Below are positions 36,192 to 48,480 of a stretch of DNA of 64,000 nucleotides, in pieces. The DNA is from Octopus bimaculoides (lineage: Eukaryota). The notes under the pieces are model-generated. The model saw only the letters and a list, made by a program, of their open reading frames with translations. It was not told the DNA's origin and did no database searches. Both the position numbers and the translations under genes were made by a program. Each line of letters begins with the position of its first letter. Positions within the stretch are counted from its first letter, which is position 1. The stretch spans positions 165,207,808 to 165,271,807 of the forward strand of contig NC_068981.1 of assembly GCF_001194135.2 (NCBI RefSeq), written 5' to 3'.

Positions 36192-37324
36192 CTGTCATTA
36201 AATATTACATTGGCGCTTCCAGCATTAGCGCAATACATGCCTAATATACAGAAATTAATACAAATAACAAATCAGATTTTAATGTAAATGTCTTACTTTT
36301 ATAAAGGACAGTCGGCCACACATGACATACATGCTAAATGTGCCTTATATGAATTCTACCGGGACCTAATCCGAGACAACGATAAATTCGCAAGAGAAGC
36401 AAAATAACAACTCAAGACACGTGTATTTTGGTGAATAAACTGAAAACTTACCTTCATATTTACTTGAAATCTGGCCAATGAGGTAACCCCTATGCGGTCG
36501 ATTGACTTCTAGACATAGCAGCTAAATATCCTTCAAATCATAGCCTTCAATAAAAGACATTGGATAATGTGGCCCGAGATATACTGCGTATGAAAATAGG
36601 ATGGCCGGTCAGTGTTCTGTTATCTTTGATCTGGATCAACACCAACGATCAGGGCACCGGATCAGCAACACCAACGAATAACAGCAACCCCAATGATCCG
36701 GGTGCCGCAAAGCAATGAGGGTCCACAAAGAGATTGCTTAACCTACTAGAGATAGCAGCTAATTTTACCATACATCACACCCAGGCGTCTTAAATAAAAA
36801 AGAAAATGTAGTTACATTAAACAATATAATTCTTTGCATGCAAAGGCAGGATAGTCCCGGCTAGAACGCTTTATTTTGCATAGGCAAAATTAAATAACAA
36901 CAATAAAGATAACTTGAAATCTTGGGACCTAATCACAGAATTTACAAAGATTGAAATCTTTCCACATATATGCATACAGAAACTTGCCTTTTAAAAGCCG
37001 TTGACAAAATGAAAACCGCCGAACTTCATGATTTTAATCCTCATTGATCTAGAAAGCCCAGCTTGATAGAAACTATTATTGTAAATGTTCGAATTACGCT
37101 ACAACTTTGAAACAATTTTGTTTGCTCATCGTATATAGATGTCTCCATCTATTTGTATCTTAATAAAATAACAATTAGGAATAACGCCTGGCTTTACATG
37201 TGGTGTGTGTGAGAGTGTATATGTTTATGTACGTGTATGTGTGCACGTTTCATAATAAATAAAGTGCAGAAAACAAAGAGACAAGGAGACACAGATATGA
37301 CAAAGAGACGACAGACAGACAGCC

Positions 37325-37355
<31 letters not shown>

Positions 37356-37633
37356 AATAACGGGCGCTTATATTTGTTGTCTATAGAGGGCCTGAATATG
37401 CTTTTAGGCATACGCAAGTATATGTATGCATGTATGTATGTATGTATATAAATATATACATACACAAACACAGACACATACATACATGCATGCATACACA
37501 GAGGATTCCAATAACAGATATACATTCATATACATATAGGTTTTGACAACCATTTGATAAGAAAATCCTTGCCAAACTCTGAATGTGTGTGCTGTTATGT
37601 GCTTGTGGTGGTAGGCGTGTGCATGCATACATG

Positions 37634-37722
<89 letters not shown>

Positions 37723-38828
37723 TGTGTGTGCTTGTTGTCAAAGATATACATATCAGAAATGTCATTTATCTTAGAGTGTATTAACGATTAGTCCCCGGAG
37801 TCCTTAAAGTGGCTTAAATGTTTCGGTGATTTTTCCGTCATTGCTGCAACAAATGTTGGGATTTAAGAAGGAAGATTAAAGGATGTAAACAAAAAAAGAA
37901 AGAAAGAAAGAAAGGAAACAAACAAAGAAAAAATAATAAGCGAATCAACTAAAGGAAAGAAAAAAAAACAACAGCGAATCACCTTTCTTTGAAACTCTGG
38001 TTTGGTGGGTTCCAACAACGGCCATTTTCTGTTGTTACTAGAATAGAAACAAAACTTGACAAACATAGATGACTATCGTAAAACTAAAAGAAAGAAAAAA
38101 GATGACTTCTTGCCTCTGTGTTATATGTGTATTTACGTATAGCCTGAAGTCGTACCTTAAACTAAGTCTTTTGTGTACGGTGCATGGTGTGTGTTCGTTG
38201 TGTCAGTGTGTGGGGAACAAAGCACAGATTATTGGTTGGTCACCTGAGAAATAAAGATCGATGCGTCTTGACAAGACATCCTGCTTCTAGCTGTGTATAT
38301 ATCTATCTATCTACCTATCTATCTTTCTATATATCAATGTATCTTTTTACCCATCTGTCTATCCACAGAACATTCGTCATTAAGAGACCCGCTTTTTGCA
38401 AAGCTGGTTGGTCACCTGAGCAAACGAACAACCTACTTTGTCAAATGATGGGTTTCCGTGAAACCTCTTGTGGATTGGTTGCAACAAGATCGACATTTAA
38501 TCTAATATTACTATTGTTGTTATTTTTATCATTGTTATTATTATCATTGGAACTATGAGGAAGCGACATTATCTTATCTTCTTATCGCGATCAGCTCAAA
38601 TAGAGCGATCTATAAGTATCGGTCTCTGCTTACGATTAGACGAAAAACACTTATAATCTATTGTTCCAGGTGATTAACTTATCTATACTACCAGTGAACC
38701 GGCTTAAATATCTTCACAAAGTTCCTGTCTCTTAACTTTTACACATAACTCTGACAGACATTAAATAGAAACAATTAGGAATTTCGAATCATTTTCTTAT
38801 ATATATATATGTATATATACATATGTAC

Positions 38829-38861
<33 letters not shown>

Positions 38862-39421
38862 NNNNNNNNNNNNNNNNNNNNNNNNNNNNNNNNNNNNNNN
38901 NNNNNNNNNNNNNNNNNNNNNNNNNNNNNNNNNNNNNNNNNNNNNNNNNNNNNNNNNNNNNNNNNNNNNNNNNNNNNNNNNNNNNNNNNNNNNNNNNNNN
39001 NNNNNNNNNNNNNNNNNNNNNNNNNNNNNNNNNNNNNNNNNNNNNNNNNNNNNNNNNNNNNNNNNNNNNNNNNNNNNNNNNNNNNNNNNNNNNNNNNNNN
39101 NNNNNNNNNNNNNNNNNNNNNNNNNNNNNNNNNNNNNNNNNNNNNNNNNNNNNNNNNNNNNNNNNNNNNNNNNTATATATATATATATATTCATACAAAC
39201 GCACATACACACATACACATTCATACACACGCACGCATGCATACATATACAGATTGAGAATTTGTATATATATATATATTCATACATATACACATTAACC
39301 TGTATATACATGCATGTGTGTGTGTGTTTGTGTGTGTGTGTGGATGCATTCACATTCACAAACATAGAGTTTGCAGTATATAAGTGTATGTTTGTGTGTG
39401 TATATATATATATACATAGAG

Positions 39422-39519
39422 AGAAGAAGAAGAAGAAGAAGAAGAAGAAGAAGAAGAAGAAGAAGAAGAAGAAGAAGAAGAAGAAGAAGAAGAAGAAGAA
39501 GAAGAAGAAGAAGAAGAAG

Positions 39520-39566
<47 letters not shown>
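39422..39566. repeat. (AAG)n(AAC)n compound microsatellite
   Basis: Direct reading. Confidence 0.97.
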
Positions 39567-39751
39567 ATATGGATGGCTGAAAAAAGGAGGGGAGAGCAAG
39601 AATAGCCGAGTGAATGTAATATTGGATATAACGTCCATAACTGATGATTTCAAATCCACTGCAAATCTTTCGTATATTACTTGGTCAAACCACTTCATTT
39701 TAGAAAGGAAAGTTTATGTACTTGTTATGCAGATTTTCCCATAGTGTTACC

Positions 39752-39820
<69 letters not shown>

Positions 39821-40397
39821 NNNNNNNNNNNNNNNNNNNNNNNNNNNNNNNNNNNNNNNNNNNNNNNNNNNNNNNNNNNNNNNNNNNNNNNNNNNNNNNN
39901 NNNNNNNNNNNNNNNNNNNNNNNNNNNNNNNNNNNNNNNNNNNNNNNNNNNNNNNNNNNNNNNNNNNNNNNNNNNNNNNNNNNNNNNNNNNNNNNNNNNN
40001 NNNNNNNNNNNNNNNNNNNNNNNNNNNNNNNNNNNNNNNNNNNNNNNNNNNNNNNNNNNNNNNNNNNNNNNNNNNNNNNNNNNNNNNNNNNNNNNNNNNN
40101 NNNNNNNNNNNNNNNNNNNNNNNNNNNNNNNNNNNNNNNNNNNNNNNNNNNNNNNNNNNNNNNNNNNNNNNNNNNNNNNNNNNNNNNNNNNNNNNNNNNN
40201 NNNNNNNNNNNNNNNNNNNNNNNNNNNNNNNNNNNNNNNNNNNNNNNNNNNNNNNNNNNNNNNNNNNNNNNNNNNNNNNNNNNNNNNNNNNNNNNNNNNN
40301 NNNNNNNNNNNNNNNNNNNNNNNNNNNNNNNNNNNNNNNNNNNNNNNNNNNNNNNNNNNNNNNNNNNNNNNNNNNNNNNNNNNNNNNNNNNNNNNNN

Positions 40398-40456
<59 letters not shown>

Positions 40457-41391
40457 TGTGCATGTGTGTGTGTGTATGTGTGTAATTGTTCGTCCGTCAA
40501 TTCTGCGAATGGCTTTAACCACTGTCAAAAATAAATAAGTGAACATATATAAGTAGAAAGACTGAAAGAAAGAAGAAAATAAACAAGAGATGTTTAAAGT
40601 TACTAAGTTTGTTCATTGATAATCTATGAAGACAATGGCTTCATCCATACAACATTTCGACAAGGGATGCAATCTCCTAGTGGGAGTCAGAAAACCACGA
40701 CTGCTCCGGCATACACCACACCTTCTAAAACAACAGAATTGGTGATATTTCATTAGCCTAGATCTGCGGAATATCCTTGTCACCACAGCAAGACTATTTG
40801 ACTCATAGCAGGAGATGTCAATTATATGCTACACTGACTCACACTCACTAGACACCGATGTTAGACTAACGCAAGCTTGTTTTAAAAGTGATAAAGATCT
40901 ACACGCACATTTGAACGAAGAGATCTCCAAATTTCGCAGGACCAACTAATTTGGTGTGATTCCAGTTTGTAAAGCATCATTCCAGTTCTTAGTCCCGCAT
41001 CGTGGTTGCTGTCCCAGAATGGCAATATTTTACCATGTGCACCGGTTACTACCATCGGCCTGCTGTCGCCATCTTCGAAGTTGTGAAGATGAAGGCCACG
41101 TATTTTCTTCTATGCTTTTTTTGATTAAATATAAACATGTCACTAGACGCGCGCTCATATGTAATATCCGTACGAACACATCGATACGTTATTGGATGTC
41201 CATTTATTTAGTAGAGATTATCTACCCCATGACAGGTCTTCTTTTTCATCCTGGTGGTGTGGTGGAGTGCCAGTTTAGTCGCTGTCTATATAATCCATTA
41301 CACACAGACACACACACACATATATATATACATAGGATTTTGATTATTGATAAAAAAACGTGTTCGTGGCTGTATTTATATATATGTATGT

Positions 41392-41426
<35 letters not shown>

Positions 41427-44399
41427 NNNNNNNNNNNNNNNNNNNNNNNNNNNNNNNNNNNNNNNNNNNNNNNNNNNNNNNNNNNNNNNNNNNNNNNNNN
41501 NNNNNNNNNNNNNNNNNNNNNNNNNNNNNNNNNNNNNNNNNNNNNNNNNNNNNNNNNNNNNNNNNNNNNNNNNNNNNNNNNNNNNNNNNNNNNNNNNNNN
41601 NNNNNNNNNNNNNNNNNNNNNNNNNNNNNNNNNNNNNNNNNNNNNNNNNNNNNNNNNNNNNNNNNNNNNNNNNNNNNNNNNNNNNNNNNNNNNNNNNNNN
41701 NNNNNNNNNNNNNNNNNNNNNNNNNNNNNNNNNNNNNNNNNNNNNNNNNNNNNNNNNNNNNNNNNNNNNNNNNNNNNNNNNNNNNNNNNNNNNNNNNNNN
41801 NNNNNNNNNNNNNNNNNNNNNNNNNNNNNNNNNNNNNNNNNNNNNNNNNNNNNNNNNNNNNNNNNNNNNNNNNNNNNNNNNNNNNNNNNNNNNNNNNNNN
41901 NNNNNNNNNNNNNNNNNNNNNNNNNNNNNNNNNNNNNNNNNNNNNNNNNNNNNNNNNNNNNNNNNNNNNNNNNNNNNNNNNNNNNNNNNNNNNNNNNNNN
42001 NNNNNNNNNNNNNNNNNNNNNNNNNNNNNNNNNNNNNNNNNNNNNNNNNNNNNNNNNNNNNNNNNNNNNNNNNNNNNNNNNNNNNNNNNNNNNNNNNNNN
42101 NNNNNNNNNNNNNNNNNNNNNNNNNNNNNNNNNNNNNNNNNNNNNNNNNNNNNNNNNNNNNNNNNNNNNNNNNNNNNNNNNNNNNNNNNNNNNNNNNNNN
42201 NNNNNNNNNNNNNNNNNNNNNNNNNNNNNNNNNNNNNNNNNNNNNNNNNNNNNNNNNNNNNNNNNNNNNNNNNNNNNNNNNNNNNNNNNNNNNNNNNNNN
42301 NNNNNNNNNNNNNNNNNNNNNNNNNNNNNNNNNNNNNNNNNNNNNNNNNNNNNNNNNNNNNNNNNNNNNNNNNNATATATATATACGTATATACAGATAT
42401 ACATACTTATTTATATATACATACAAGTGTGTAATTATATGTATGTAGGTATGAATGTATTTGAATACATACATTATATACATATTTATCTGTTTGTCTG
42501 CTGCCCTAGTTTTGAATTTATTCATTGTGTTTCTGCTTATATTCTTATATTCTTTATTTGTTTTATTTTCTGATTATATTAAAAACAATAACATGAGACC
42601 TGGAAGAAGAAAATGAAATATTTATAGTCAAGTTTTATGAAAATAGTTTTCCTTAATTAAGATAAATTCCGTAGATTTTCTCCACCTTTGCCATAGCATA
42701 TCGAGAGCTTTGATCTAGAATTACTTCCCTTTTTAATAAAACAAACCAAGGAAAAATGGTAAATAAATAACCTGCCATAAGTCGCAGAGGGGTGCCAATA
42801 CTGAGCTTGAAAATTTAAAAAGAATATGCAGCATGAATCATTTACTTAGTGGGGGATACAAATTTTTTTGCTTAGTTTTGTCATTTCAATTCCCCTTGCT
42901 GTTAATTGAGACAAATAATCTTAGATCCTAAGAATTTAAAAGAAAAATCTATGAAATAAAAAAGAAATGGAACTATAAAGTATAAATTAAAATGTGTAAA
43001 CAGTTACACAGATAATAAACAGAAAAATCTTTAGCGTATTAGCAGAGATAAGTTGAATTAAATCTAAAGGACTTAAGAAATGAACGAGGTTGCTTCTCTC
43101 TTTCTCTATGTTTTTCTCAGTTAGATGTCATGTTATTTCAACTAGGTTTCGCTGATGTATTTTAGACATGATGGATGTCATCACATCATACTCTGCGAAG
43201 ATTGTTACTGCCGTATGGCATCTTCATATCAACCTCTACTTCACTTACGCTTAGAATGGAAGCCATGCTGTGCGACACTTCCCGTAACACGTTCTCATAC
43301 TCGCGTTCTCGATTTCTCACTGACATACTCTCTTTCGTCTTCCTTTCTTTCTCTCTCTCTCTCTCTCCCTCTTTCTCTTTCTTTCTCTCTCCTTCTCTCC
43401 TCCTAATGTCTTTTCCTTTTTTCTTTTTCCCAATTCGGTAGTAGCAAGCTTGACAAAAGCAACTGAATCAGAATAGACTATAGTACGGGACGTATATACG
43501 TGTTCGTTAATTGAGAAGTTGACATCTTTTGCTTGCAATGCAGTTTTGATATTACTGTATAAAACGCTTAATTTTCAAACGTAGTGGTACAGCAGCAATT
43601 AACGGAATTACTTGGAAAGAGCCTAACTACCACTCATTTTTATACTTGTGGAACCAAAAACCCAATCTTCAGGAATTCGATAGTGTTAAGAATAATTTTT
43701 TTCTCTAATTCTATTGTTGACGAAGATAAATTTTCACAAAATTACATTGACAAATGATCAATCGATTAAAAATATATTGGAGGATGTAAAGGCAGGTGTA
43801 AAGTGATTAGAATCCAGAAAGTGGATACTAATACATGTTACTGTTAAAAGAGTTGAAAAGGACAAGGAACAGCACGAGGCCAGTAAAAAGGAAGATGGCC
43901 CATATCACAAGACAACCCCTAGAAGAAAGGCAAAAAGGAGGCTGGGAATCTTTTACGTTGAGAATTCTATGTCTTTGGAGATGCTGAAACTTACAATCCT
44001 CCAAAGGAGTAACCACAAAGTACTTGAAATGGTATGGGAGAAGAAAAAAGGACAAATAACAGATTGCACTGAATGCACACGAAACAACGATCGAATACCT
44101 AATTGCTCTTCTTTTACGAGGATAGATTGTTGTTCGAAAACTACCTCAGTGGCCTTCGATCGCTAAGGGATCATTTCCCAGAGGTCGTGGGCCTTTTTGC
44201 TGCACGGCAAAGATCAAATGCTCACGGGCAATTTCAGAGTACACACTTTACGGGTGACTGAAGTGGAAGGTTGTCAATGTTATGAGTCTTATGAACTTAA
44301 GAATTGTTTAACGTGTCCATACTTTGTATTATGTTCTTTGTTCTATTCGCTGCTAATTATATATAAGTACATCACAATGTAGTAGCATTGTGTATTGTT

Positions 44400-44750
44400 T
44401 GTAAAGAATAAAATGTTTTGAAAGGTATAACAATGCACTATAATACAAAAAATGGACTATATACCTGTTGTAATTTAGTTATCCATAGTCCGATGATATT
44501 TCGGAATACAATTCCTTCTTCAGATCTTCTTAGATGGAGTCTCTGCTATAAACTGTTTTCCAACGGCTTTTCTTTTTTTTTTTTTTTTTTTTTTTTTTTT
44601 CTTTTTTTTCTTCGGAAGCGTCTCAGACGCTTCAGAAACTGTATTCCGAAATATCATCGGACTATAGATAACTAAATTACAACAGGTATATAGTCCATTT
44701 TTTGTATTATAGTGCATAGTTGTACCATTCAAAACTTTTTATTCTTTACA
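44400..44750. mobile_element. Foldback/MITE-like element with ~110 bp terminal inverted repeats
   Basis: 44400-44510 is the reverse complement of 44640-44750 with only a handful of mismatches; the spacer contains a long T tract and an 8-bp hairpin. Confidence 0.75.
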
Positions 44751-44870
44751 TCACAATGTATTTTGCAACACTTTTAGCTGTATAAACTGAGCATCGACGC
44801 CGTTACTGAAGAAGGTAGAGGACAAAAGACAATTGTTAATGTCTGGTCATAACTACAAAGATAACGATTC

Positions 44871-45075
44871 TGAGCTGGCAGAATCTTTAGAGCTTGAGAA
44901 AAATGCTCTGCAGTATTTTTTCCATCTCTTTATGTTCTTTCAACCCAGTGAAGCTCAATTTAGCTTTCGTTCTTTTCGAGTCGATAAAATAAAGTACCAG
45001 ACAAGTACTAGGATCGATATAATCGACTGACCCCCACTTCAGAAGTTACTGACTTTTTACCTAAATTTAAAACAA
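44871..45075 (+). mobile_element. SINE family A copy (diverged)
   Basis: TGAGCTGGCAGAATC...GAGTCGATAAAATAAAGTACCAG...GATCGATATAATCGACT. Confidence 0.75.
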
Positions 45076-45093
45076 TTGTTAAAGAAAGGACTT

Positions 45094-45134
45094 TTATTAT
45101 TATTATTATTGTTATTATTATTATTATTATTATT

Positions 45135-45167
<33 letters not shown>

Positions 45168-45194
45168 ATTGTTGTTGTTGTTGTTGTTGTTGTT

Positions 45195-45241
<47 letters not shown>
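45094..45241. repeat. (ATT)n(GTT)n compound microsatellite
   Basis: Direct reading. Confidence 0.95.
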
Positions 45242-45245
<4 letters not shown>

Positions 45246-45889
45246 TTTATTGAGTGTCCCTAATTTAAGTGAATTTATGTACAATTTTCGTGGTTCTTTT
45301 TTACTAATGTAAGTTAGATTTGTTCTGTTTATTTTATTGTTATACTAAAGACTGGATGAGGTGTTATATATCCTACCTCATTTACAGTAAAAAGTTTTTT
45401 TTATATTCTTTATTATTATAATGCTATAGCGGTGATAGTCGGCAATGTTTTTTTCATTTTTTTATTATTATTTTTTTTTTTTTGCTTTTCAAAAGAATTA
45501 GCTAACTTTCTCTTACGGCGTGAAGTTAAAAAGAATGGAAATATTTTTTGTATTAATAACATTTGCCAATAATATTAACAACAATAATAATAATGTCTAT
45601 AATTCAGGCAATATTAAGCATTGTCGATGTGAATAGAAATAAAAACGTAATACATAAATACAGGCACGTGAAAATTGATGCAACAAGCACAATGACAGTT
45701 TTCATAATGTTTACAAAGACAAAGGAAATGTTAAAACTGAAGAAACAAAATACATTTTAAAGAATAATATAGTTTAATTTCCAAAGGACGCAAGAAGAAT
45801 GGAAGAAATAGGGCAAAAGAGGAGAATACTGACTATGGAGGGGACGGATCGCTAATGGTTTAATTGATGTCATTTTTAAGTTGGAGGAA

Positions 45890-46345
45890 AACAGTGAGCT
45901 AGCAGAATCGTTAGTGCGTCGAACAAATTGATAAGCAACATTTTTTCTGGTTCTTTACGTTCTAAGTTCAAATCTTGCTGATGCTGACTTTGTACTGACT
46001 TTGCCTTTCATCATTTCGGACTCGATAAAATAAAGTTCCAGCCAAGTACAGAGGTTGATATAATCTATTTTCCCTACCCTGAAACTTTCTAGCTTTATGC
46101 TAACATTTGAAACGATACGGCAAACGATTTGAAACGATTGACAGAATCGATACCGCATCGGATAAAATGTTTAGCGGGCATTTCTTTCGGCTGCTTACTT
46201 CCTGAATTCAAATTCGACCGCGGTCGACTTTGTCGTTCATCCTTTCGGGATCGCTAAAATAAAGTACCAGTCAAGTATTGAGGTCAATATTATCGACATC
46301 CTCCTCTCCTCAAAATTGTTGGCCTGGTGCAAGAATTAGAAAGAA
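45890..46345 (+). mobile_element. Two head-to-tail SINE family A copies (about 45890-46113 and 46118-46345)
   Basis: Both show the GCAGAATCG...TTCAAAT...ACTTTG...CATC(A/C)TTTCGG...TAAAATAAAGT.CCAG body. Confidence 0.8.
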
Positions 46346-47217
46346 TTTTTATGTTAGAGGAATTAACAAGAAAATGCACAGGAGTAATACAGGTTTCAAC
46401 ATGTTTCTTACTAGTGCCTTATTACAGAAGAAAGTATCGTGAATGTGAAGGCAATACTTGCAGAGATACAAGAGAAGTTGTGAAAATTACGTAAACCTCC
46501 TCAGGTCCTTCCAGCTGCTTGCAAAAGTACTGAATGGATTTTCAAGGGCAACAACGCAAACTTCAACTCCTAGAAGGCTGCCTATGCTGTATTTAGGAAT
46601 ATTTATTTAAATGTAAGGATTGTTTGGATTCCAAACATTTTTATAGCTGGCTACACAAACTTCAGGTTTGTAATCTGTACGGATAATTGATATTGGAGGT
46701 TTAGTCAATAACCTGACTACTTGAAATTGAACGCATCATTTAAAGCGCTAAAAACCAAAATTGACCGGATTAATGAGCTAATTAAGCGAGTACGATGGAT
46801 GTGATCTTAACAAAAATGTTGAGTGGATTAAAAAACAAATTGCATTAGATTCATTGAAGTTGAATAAAGAACTAATGATATAAAACATTAAATAGCAGGA
46901 TGGTTAGTAGATAGTTTAAAAACGGCTTGCAAAAAGACATGTCGGCCGAGATATTAGTAGTAGTGATGATGAACCTTGTTTCTTGGACACTAGAAAACAA
47001 AGGTTTACGTTCTTTGTTCTAAGGTGCATGCACTAAAACACGAAGATACAAAGTTGTTCGATGGATTTGGAGGCATCACAGTCACTATACAGTTTTTCAT
47101 TAACCATAATCGGTGCAGTTGCTGTTTCAAGAATGATCTGTGTTACAAGCTTACAAAATTTGTTCACAACTGTCACTGCAAGTACATACTGCTACTGACA
47201 GCAAATTGAATACTTAC

Positions 47218-47228
47218 AGATGTACGTG
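47218..47228 (-). other. Candidate 11-nt micro-exon
   Basis: TCTTTCTTATTCGAATCATTCCTCAG | CACGTACATCT | GTAAGTA. Confidence 0.2.
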
Positions 47229-47531
47229 CTGAGGAATGATTCGAATAAGAAAGACATAATAGCTATAGCTTTATTATGTACAAAGCTAATGATTCTAATA
47301 AAGGGAATGATGTAGGGGTCAGCATTTGTCCTTCATAATGTTGTTGGCAATGGACGGATATATGAGACTCCGCTAAGTCCACTTCATGAGATTTAAGGTA
47401 AAACGGCATGGTTTTAGATCTGATTTTAATAGCGTGCTGAGTAACTAAGTTATGAGAAGGTGATTTCACCTCTATTTTTAGCATGTCAAGTGACCACGTA
47501 GAATCTTTATTGCTGGCTTAAGGTTCATTAT

Positions 47532-48480
47532 TGGGTCAGGTCAGGTCAGGTATAGGGGCATGCACTGTGCATTGCGCCGCTGCATCTACCATTTGTCGGT
47601 ATCTGCACGGGTTGTCCTGGGTAACTCTTAGAGCAGTGTCTCTCTCAGTTCTCATCTTCGCGAAATACTCTCTCATCCGCTGTGACCATGAGGCATGTGA
47701 CCGACTAACACGAGCAGCCAACCCAACCTGATCCCGAGAGAAAAGACTACGGCACGCATGAACCAAATCGAAAAATCGTGGTTGAATACGAAATCTGACC
47801 AAAGGTAGATTATAATTCTGCGAAGCGTCCTGGTTCCAAGGGAGTTCAGACATTTCCTAAGGGCTTCGGACAGTGTCTCAGTCTCACTATTATAGAGCAG
47901 GACAGGGAGGACCAGAGAATAAGGTCTCGAACCTTTTTCCGCATGCTCAGGATATCGACAGAGCCAAACACCCTTGCTCATCAAGTCCACAACTACACCA
48001 GCACGTCCAAGTCTTTTTACGACTCCGGGCTTGCAGCATCAACAATTTAGACATTCTTACCCGCAATAGAGAGAGGCTACTTGGAATCTCCATGGAGTCA
48101 ACGAAAGTCTAGATCTTTGCCTTGACCCAAGAAATAACAAGGCCAAATAGTTCCGCTTCCTCACTTAGTGAAAGGTGAGCACATCCAGTGACTCAACAAG
48201 AATCACTATATCATAAGCGAAATCCGAGTCACTAATCCTGGTTTCGCCCAATGAGCGCTCCAACCAAACTGCGCTCACTCTTCCTGTATATAAGACTGCC
48301 ATCGCCCCGACCATCGGGGTAGTATACCTCGTAGCTCCACAATCCTCCAGACACATATATGTCCACTGAGTCAAAGGCCTTGCGGAGGTCGACATAAGCT
48401 GCGAGTAGCCCCTACCAAAAACCCCACATTTCTCCGATGAGTACACGGTGTCAGAATCCTGTCACTAGTTAACCTCTTTG
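47532..48480 (-). mobile_element. RTE-clade LINE, 5'-truncated (RT C-terminal half through 3' tail)
   Basis: SLGETRISDSDFAYDIVILVESLD (decayed DLDFADD), LVLPVLLYNSET.TLS, LRRII, QMVDAAAQC..HAP; ends in a (GACCT)n-type tail. Confidence 0.9.

Noticed and set aside
44240-44330. EVEGCQC..NCLTC as a cystine-knot C-terminus
   Set aside because: Upstream cysteines with the required spacing are absent and there is no good donor; the motif is too short to support.
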